From positions 1-59,977 of the IMG/VR virus record IMGVR_UViG_3300031949_000040: a stretch of DNA of 59,977 bases; one strand, written 5' to 3'. The notes under the pieces were generated by a model. The model did not search any database. It saw only the letters and a list, made by a program, of their open reading frames with translations, and was not told where the DNA came from. Each line of letters opens with the position of its first letter. Position 1 is the first letter of the stretch. Shown piece after piece: positions 54,184-59,977 of this stretch. The stretch is from a virus. Its lineage: Duplodnaviria; Caudoviricetes. The position numbers were made by a program, and so were the translations under genes.

Positions 54184-55818
54184 ATGAAAATCCACGTCGT
54201 AACCGACCGCTTAAATAGTGACCGCATCCTGCCCCGGCTGGCAAAATACCTGTCCGTGTTAAACGGTTGGTCACTTTCAGACAGCCCAGAGCCAACCGCC
54301 GATTTCAACTACTTCAACAACTATGGCACGTGGCATCAAAAGTGCAAGGGTTGGCACGGCACACCCACCGGCGCATATTTCTCCCATTTGGATGACCAGA
54401 ATAAGGGCAAAGAGCAAATGTGGCATACGGCGGCTGAGATGATAGACGTGTGCATTGTCACGGCCAAAATGTACGGTGAATTTCTGCCCCAAGAGAAGGT
54501 TAGCCAGGCGCGGCCTCCGGTAGAGATGGATAAATTCACCATTAAGCCACTGCCAAAGAAGGGAAGGCCGGTTGTAGGAGTAATGGGCTTCACCTATGGC
54601 GACGGTCGCAAAGGAGAGAAGTTATTTGAGCAGTTGGCTAACCTGCCACTGGCTAAACGGCTGCAACTCAGAGCTAGTGGACGCGGTTGGACGGGCGTGC
54701 GCTGCGAGTACCACGAATGGAACGACATACAAGCCTTCTTTCAGGAGCTTGATGTGCTGCTTGTGCCTTCGCTTTTTGAAGGTGTGCCGATGCCACCGCT
54801 CGAAGCCCTAGCCTGCGGCGTAAAAATAGTTGTGCCTGAGCATATCGGCCTGATTGATGAATTGCCCGACGTGCCGGGGATTTACCGCTACGAATGCGGC
54901 AATATCAGGTCAATGGCTCAGGCGGTTGAGCAGGCCGCCTTTAGTGGCCCGGTTGACCGGCAAGCCCTGCGCCAGGTCATTCTCGACAACTACACTACCG
55001 AACATTGGACCACTGATCATCGGCGCATTATCAATGAGTATTTTCAATTAGAGGATGTTGGCAACCTACCTGATTGGCGTAAAAGCGCCGGCGTGTATGT
55101 CGTCGCCTTTGGCAATCCATCCCGCAAATGCGCAAAACGCTGTATCACCTCAGTCAAGGAACACACCGATTTACCCGTAGCGTTGGCGGCTGATAAGCCT
55201 ATCGACGCTGGCGAGGATGTGTTTATTCAACACGACGATGCCGACGCCGGAGCCAGAGTAGCCAAGTTAAAATGTGACGAGCTTGCCCCGGCTGAGTGGA
55301 ATTATGTTTTGTACCTTGACGCCGATACTGAAGTCGTTGGCGACATCTCGTTTCTATTCGACATTCTGCGTGACGGTTGGGAGTTGGTCATCTGCAAGGA
55401 CAACAACAAATATGGCACGGTTGGCGAGATGAAGCGGCCTGACAATTTAGACGAATGTGTTGAAACCTGGGATAAAATGGGCGGGCAACAGCTTCTACAA
55501 TACAACGGCGGAATGATGGCCTACCGGCGCAATGCCAACACGCGGCGCTTTTTTCAGAAATGGCAGGAGGAATGGCAGAAATACGGCAAACGCGATCAGG
55601 GGGCGCTGCTCCGAGCGCTTTACGACAAGCCGCTGAGAGTTTTTGTCCTGATGAACCAATTTAACGCTACGACCCGTTACGAGATGCCGAAAGGCGAAAT
55701 TGCCATCAGGCATCACAATATGGAGGCACGGCGACATAATGGAATTATTCACGGGCGGCTTGATAGCCCAGAGGCGTGGGCAGCGGTAGAGAAGTTTAAT
55801 CCAAAGGTGAGGGATTGA
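54184..55818 (+). CDS. Bifunctional glycosyltransferase (GT4-like plus GT8-like)
   Basis: PSLFEGVPMPPLEALACG; YLDADT, YNGG, RDQGAL. Confidence 0.85.
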   Translation: MKIHVVTDRLNSDRILPRLAKYLSVLNGWSLSDSPEPTADFNYFNNYGTWHQKCKGWHGTPTGAYFSHLDDQNKGKEQMWHTAAEMIDVCIVTAKMYGEFLPQEKVSQARPPVEMDKFTIKPLPKKGRPVVGVMGFTYGDGRKGEKLFEQLANLPLAKRLQLRASGRGWTGVRCEYHEWNDIQAFFQELDVLLVPSLFEGVPMPPLEALACGVKIVVPEHIGLIDELPDVPGIYRYECGNIRSMAQAVEQAAFSGPVDRQALRQVILDNYTTEHWTTDHRRIINEYFQLEDVGNLPDWRKSAGVYVVAFGNPSRKCAKRCITSVKEHTDLPVALAADKPIDAGEDVFIQHDDADAGARVAKLKCDELAPAEWNYVLYLDADTEVVGDISFLFDILRDGWELVICKDNNKYGTVGEMKRPDNLDECVETWDKMGGQQLLQYNGGMMAYRRNANTRRFFQKWQEEWQKYGKRDQGALLRALYDKPLRVFVLMNQFNATTRYEMPKGEIAIRHHNMEARRHNGIIHGRLDSPEAWAAVEKFNPKVRD

Positions 55819-56050
55819 TAAGTTTTAGGCAATCCCCTTCCCTGATTACCTGTATTGTCTCATTTCTTATTGTAACAGAGGGGAAACCAGGGATTGAGGG
55901 GTCATAAAAAATAGTCGTTGCTCTTTTTTGATAGGCCGGATAAATGGGCGAGTCGCAACGCCTAAGAAGTTCACACTCTCTCTTAGTTGGCTCAATATCA
56001 AAACGATAACTGAATATGTCATCTGGAACGATTATATATTTGACTTCCAT
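55796..56050 (-). CDS. Small antisense, leaderless hypothetical protein
   Basis: TGcTATAAT 6 bp before the ATG at 56050. Confidence 0.5.
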   Translation of the reverse strand: MEVKYIIVPDDIFSYRFDIEPTKRECELLRRCDSPIYPAYQKRATTIFYDPSIPGFPSVTIRNETIQVIREGDCLKLINPSPLD

Positions 56051-56084
56051 ATAGCCATTATAGCACAGACAGAAAGATCGAGCA

Positions 56085-56648
56085 ATGAACAAACTAGAAG
56101 AAGGCATCAAACGAGCCATCGCATCTGACGCGATGCTCTACAACCGCAAATCAAGTGTCACCGACGATAAGCGGGACGCTGAGTTACGCTGGATTTATCA
56201 CCTGGCCGAAATTGCCCCAGATGGCCGGGCGGTCGAGTGCGGTGTCCGTAACGGTGGCGCGTTGGTCTGTTGGGCGCTGGCGCGTGAGGGGCGCGGCCCT
56301 ATCTATGCCAATGATGTAAAGATGCGCCCGGCGCTGGATGAAAACCTGAAGCGGTACAAATTGAAGGTTCGCAAATTACAAGCGCCGGCAGCAGCAGCGC
56401 CAGCCAAAATCATCGGTGATGTCGCTTTTTGCTTCATTGACGCGGATCACGCTGAAGCGGGCATATCGGCTGACATAGCCGTGTGGCCTGACAGGATGAT
56501 GCCGGGTGGTATTCTGGCCTTTCACGATTATGGGGTATGGAAGCCGGACGTAGCGGTCAAGGCAGTGGTGGATAAGTGGCAAGCAAAGGCCAGGTGGGAA
56601 TTATTGGGGCAGGTTGGGAGCTTGATTGCGTTTAGGAAGCCGGCGTGA
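56085..56648 (+). CDS. Class I SAM methyltransferase (Methyltransf_24-like)
   Basis: VECGVRNG, FIDADH, GGILAFHDY. Confidence 0.85.
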   Translation: MNKLEEGIKRAIASDAMLYNRKSSVTDDKRDAELRWIYHLAEIAPDGRAVECGVRNGGALVCWALAREGRGPIYANDVKMRPALDENLKRYKLKVRKLQAPAAAAPAKIIGDVAFCFIDADHAEAGISADIAVWPDRMMPGGILAFHDYGVWKPDVAVKAVVDKWQAKARWELLGQVGSLIAFRKPA

Positions 56649-56699
56649 TAGCCCAGAGGCGTGGCAGGCGGTAAAGAAGTTTAATCCGAGGGCGAGGGA

Positions 56700-57059
56700 T
56701 TGATGCTTATTCGTAGCAAGCCATTTCATAAAGTACCTAAAATTATCTATCCAATAATTGCAGGCTATCACGGAACTGATGGCGGCATTGGTATTAGTTG
56801 GCTAGGGTGGCTACTTAAAATTATTAACCCAATCAATATAAGAAAGCCCATCTGTTGGACGCCTATTTTCTGGCTTTATTTTACACATAATCATCTATGC
56901 TTTTGGGTTTTGGGTAGTACACCTCATAAGGCGCTTTTTAGTATTGACCTTGCTCACTTAAGCTATATCTATCCTGTTCACTCGATTTTCTGGCTTTCCT
57001 TTACAAAACGGACTAGCGGTACTCGTACCGACTCGCAGCAGGGTAAATCTAGCCAATGA
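56700..57059 (+). CDS. Hypothetical AT-rich hydrophobic protein
   Basis: 119 aa, Trp-rich. Confidence 0.4.
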   Translation: MMLIRSKPFHKVPKIIYPIIAGYHGTDGGIGISWLGWLLKIINPINIRKPICWTPIFWLYFTHNHLCFWVLGSTPHKALFSIDLAHLSYIYPVHSIFWLSFTKRTSGTRTDSQQGKSSQ

Positions 57060-57973
57060 TTACCATTATCGCTTGCAATCCCACCTTTGGCGCGGCCTAC
57101 AACTTGCGCAAAGCCTTCTCCCTATGGGAAGAAACACGGCTCATCACACTAGGCGGTCACAATCTCTGGCCGGGTGAAGAGGACATTATTTTAACTCAGG
57201 ATAACGCCAGCTATTGCCGTGAACTTATCGAAACGAGCCGATTTGTGATGATTGCGGGCGCGGCTGGGTTGGTTGAGGCATTAGATATTTTACAGCCCAG
57301 CAAGGCGCATTGGGTGACTTTTTGGACTGATACCGCTTACTGGAATGATGCACCATTTTACAACGACCTGATGGTAGAGCTAAAGGTGAAAGCCGTTTTT
57401 GCAATGATGGATTTAATGAGCAGAGCGCCTAAAGGTGCTATCCCGCTATGTCATCCCGTCGAGGATGTAGAATGCGGTCTAAGGTCCAACTTGCTAACTA
57501 TTGCCCATTCACCCCGGACGGAAAACAAGCGCCACTCGAAGGGGACGGGCCAAATTGAGCGAGCTGTCAACCGGCTTTATTCTGAGTTTCCCGGCCTACG
57601 CTATATGACCATTATTGGCCTACCATGGCGTGATTGCCTGAGCCTAAAAAGCCGGGCGCATATTTTTATTGACCAGATGCCGGGGCCGGGGATGGCAGCC
57701 GGTTTAGGTCGTTCCGGTGAAGAGGCATTGGCGCTTGGCTCAATCGTTTTGACGGCTTTGCACGGTGAAGAATATCTCGATGGTTTCTTTCCGCCGCCGC
57801 CGGTAGTCAAGGCTTATGATGAGGAGCAGCTTTATACAGAACTGCGCCGGCTATGTCGAATGAGTTGTGAGGAGCTAGAACTTATGGGGACAGAGGGCCG
57901 GGCCTGGGCTGAACGGTATTTACTATTTCCAGGCTGGCTTGATTATGTTGGGTCGCATCTAGGTGCCTTGTGA
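57056..57973 (+). CDS. GT-B-like glycosyltransferase
   Basis: IAHSPR...SKGT, HIFIDQ...GRSGEEALALG. Confidence 0.7.
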   Translation: MITIIACNPTFGAAYNLRKAFSLWEETRLITLGGHNLWPGEEDIILTQDNASYCRELIETSRFVMIAGAAGLVEALDILQPSKAHWVTFWTDTAYWNDAPFYNDLMVELKVKAVFAMMDLMSRAPKGAIPLCHPVEDVECGLRSNLLTIAHSPRTENKRHSKGTGQIERAVNRLYSEFPGLRYMTIIGLPWRDCLSLKSRAHIFIDQMPGPGMAAGLGRSGEEALALGSIVLTALHGEEYLDGFFPPPPVVKAYDEEQLYTELRRLCRMSCEELELMGTEGRAWAERYLLFPGWLDYVGSHLGAL

Positions 57974-58584
57974 AACCCGATGAACTACTCGAGCAATATT
58001 TCAGGCTCTACCCTGGGCTTATCAAAATCGAGCATCAAGCCCGGCAAGTCATCCACAACACCAAAAAGGCGGTCTATCCCTATCAGGCCGCGGCCTTGTA
58101 CCATCTGGCCAGGCCCTACAACGGCGGCAAGGCGCTGGAAATCGGCACAGCCTACGGTTACAGTTGTTTCTACCTGGCCCACGCAATGCCCAACAGCCAG
58201 ATAACGACACTCAACGCCAGTGAGGGTGAGGTCGTGGAGGATAAGAAGGTACTCAGTCATTTCAAAAACGTGGAAGTACTTCACCGCATCTCGTGGGAGT
58301 ATCTGAAGGAAAGCGACGGCACGGCCATTTACAACTTCATCTTTGTGGACGGGGATCATAAGCACGTCAGAATGGATTTTCCCTTTTTTAACCGGCTCGT
58401 TGACGGTGGCCTGATGGTCTTTCACGACTATTCACCACTGGGCAGCGGGCGCCATTGCCCGCCCGTTTACGATGCGGTCAATTGGCTGAGCGATTACCTG
58501 GGGCGCGAGCCGGACGTGTTGATTGTAGATAGCGATAAGGTTGGAATAGCTGGGTTTATTCGTAGGGCAGGAGAGGTGGTCTGA
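57970..58584 (+). CDS. Class I SAM methyltransferase (Methyltransf_24-like)
   Basis: LEIGTAYGYS, FVDGDH, GGLMVFHDY. Confidence 0.85.
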   Translation: MKPDELLEQYFRLYPGLIKIEHQARQVIHNTKKAVYPYQAAALYHLARPYNGGKALEIGTAYGYSCFYLAHAMPNSQITTLNASEGEVVEDKKVLSHFKNVEVLHRISWEYLKESDGTAIYNFIFVDGDHKHVRMDFPFFNRLVDGGLMVFHDYSPLGSGRHCPPVYDAVNWLSDYLGREPDVLIVDSDKVGIAGFIRRAGEVV

Positions 58585-59255
58585 TGGCCTACGCCCTTGC
58601 CAGCGAGCTTCGCGGTCAGATGAATAAGACCTCAGTCGCTGATGACGCCATCCTGACCGCCATTATCGCAGCTGCTGAGAATACTATCAACCTGTTCTGT
58701 AACCGGCCCGATGGCTTTATTGCGCTGACTAACGCCACGGCGCGGGTCTATGCCGGCAGCGGCAAGCCGTATCTGTTCATTGATGAGAATGTGTCAATCA
58801 CGCTGGTTGAGGTAAAAGACAGCGCCACCGATACTGCTTATGTAAGTTGGGCCGCAGCCGATTGGATACCATTTAGAGGCGACCCGAAAGACCCGAACTA
58901 CAATGGCCTGCCCTACACGGCGCTCATGGTAGACCCGACCGGTGATGAGGTGATTTTCACCAATGGCGCATTTACAACCCGAGGCGGTTTCAGGCCAACG
59001 ACCGGTGTGCATCGAGGCGCGCCGACTGTGCGAATTACAGCCAAATGGGGCTATAGCGTGGCGGTCCCTGCTGACATTAAAGAGGCTTGCATTATGCAAA
59101 GTACCCGATGGTACAAGCGGCTGGAAGGGGCAATGAGTGACGCTTTAGCCAGCGCCGAATTGGGAACGCTGCTTTATAGGCAAGTACTTGACCCGGACAT
59201 TAAGATGATCCTGGTCAATGGTCGGTATGTCAAGCCAGCGGTAGGACGGCGATGA
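58584..59255 (+). CDS. Head-tail adaptor (gp6/gp15-like)
   Basis: MAYA...L..II.AAE..I..FCNR, WGY..VPADIKEAC. Confidence 0.8.
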   Translation: MAYALASELRGQMNKTSVADDAILTAIIAAAENTINLFCNRPDGFIALTNATARVYAGSGKPYLFIDENVSITLVEVKDSATDTAYVSWAAADWIPFRGDPKDPNYNGLPYTALMVDPTGDEVIFTNGAFTTRGGFRPTTGVHRGAPTVRITAKWGYSVAVPADIKEACIMQSTRWYKRLEGAMSDALASAELGTLLYRQVLDPDIKMILVNGRYVKPAVGRR

Positions 59256-59704
59256 CAGTCACGATTGAAAACAGGGGCCTTAACGAAGCCATTGACAACC
59301 TGAACCGCATCGGCCACGAGCTAACCCATATGACCGGCGCGATGCAACAGGCTACGTTAGTTGTCACCCGCAGCGCCAAACAAAATGCGCCGGTAGATAT
59401 GGGCGTACTGAGAGCCAGTATTACACCAAGTGTTGAAAGTCGGGGGAATGAGACGGTAGGTGTGGTTGGCTCTAACCTGATGTCGGCTTTAGTTATGGAA
59501 GTTGGGGCACGTCCGCATTGGCCGCCACTCGCAGCCCTGCAGGTCTGGGCACGAAGGCACGGCACAACCGCCTTTTTGGTGGCGCGGGCCATTGCCAGGC
59601 GAGGGACAAAGCCACGCCGATATTTACGGAAGGCGCTGGATGACAACACGGCCAGGATTATCGGGATATTTAAGGATAGCGTTCAGAATATTATAAGGGG
59701 TTGA
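59252..59704 (+). CDS. HK97 gp10-like neck/tail completion protein
   Basis: AKQNAPVDMGVLRASI, VGSN, GTKPRRYL. Confidence 0.8.
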   Translation: MTVTIENRGLNEAIDNLNRIGHELTHMTGAMQQATLVVTRSAKQNAPVDMGVLRASITPSVESRGNETVGVVGSNLMSALVMEVGARPHWPPLAALQVWARRHGTTAFLVARAIARRGTKPRRYLRKALDDNTARIIGIFKDSVQNIIRG

Positions 59705-59898
59705 AAATGAACTTACCCGAGCATCAAAAGCAAGAAACGTGCCACATGGCAATGATTGACCTTTTGCGAAAACTTAGAGATGCCAAGCCAGAGGAACGTA
59801 ACGAGCTGGCGCGGCGGTACGCCGTGACCATCACCGAAATAGAAAAAACGTTGGCTTATTTCTGGACTTATGTAATGAACGATGGGGCGTGTGAATAG
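59701..59898 (+). CDS. Small hypothetical protein
   Basis: KPEERNELARRYAVTITEIEK; its 3' end lies in the terminal repeat. Confidence 0.6.
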   Translation: MKMNLPEHQKQETCHMAMIDLLRKLRDAKPEERNELARRYAVTITEIEKTLAYFWTYVMNDGACE

Positions 59899-59977
59899 TG
59901 CCAGCATCTACCGTAACCGTCGCCCAAATATGCACCGCCATAGACGCCACGCTCGGAGCGGCTCTTGTCGCCTCCGG
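59831..59977. repeat. Terminal direct repeat, right copy
   Basis: Matches 1-147 with one mismatch. Confidence 0.95.

Larger units (their letters stand above)
55761..56704. repeat. 59-bp imperfect direct repeats (55761-55819 and 56646-56704)
   Basis: 52/59 identical; duplicate the 3' end of the GT gene. Confidence 0.85.

Noticed and set aside
1-59977. tRNA, rRNA, reverse transcriptase/DGR or cas1-cas2 genes
   Set aside because: None recognised by eye; tRNAscan and HMM searches would be needed to exclude them formally

Overview
The window is an apparently complete ~59.83 kb circular(ised) temperate siphovirus-type phage genome. Bases 1-147 repeat at 59831-59977 with one mismatch. The host is probably a Chloroflexota (Anaerolineae-like) bacterium; this is inferred from a VYLPLI motif and a P/T-rich SH3 membrane protein. 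The rightward late region holds terminase, portal, head, a glycosyltransferase/methyltransferase block, connectors and tail (wrapping the origin). The leftward early region holds Cro, methylases, a serine integrase, RuvC, a replication initiator and DnaB, next to a CI/Cro switch with ATTCC-N4-GGAAT operators. The main result is a 2.2 kb cassette (2374-4563) between the tail chaperone and tape-measure genes. It encodes a stand-alone RAMP/Cas7-like protein, a small HNH nuclease, an RHH regulator and two terminated non-coding arrays of 5-nt GGY-NN units. This matches my recollection of the recently reported VIPR-type RNA-guided systems, which needs checking. Reading the variable NN dinucleotides of array 1 as NNx codons gives a peptide matching the neighbouring tail-chaperone T segment at 12 of 21 residues. 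The phage's own allele differs from the guide at every Leu/Arg first codon position. This suggests a gapped RNA guide aimed at a relative's allele of the adjacent gene, with self-escape by synonymous recoding. All calls were made by eye; no database searches were run.
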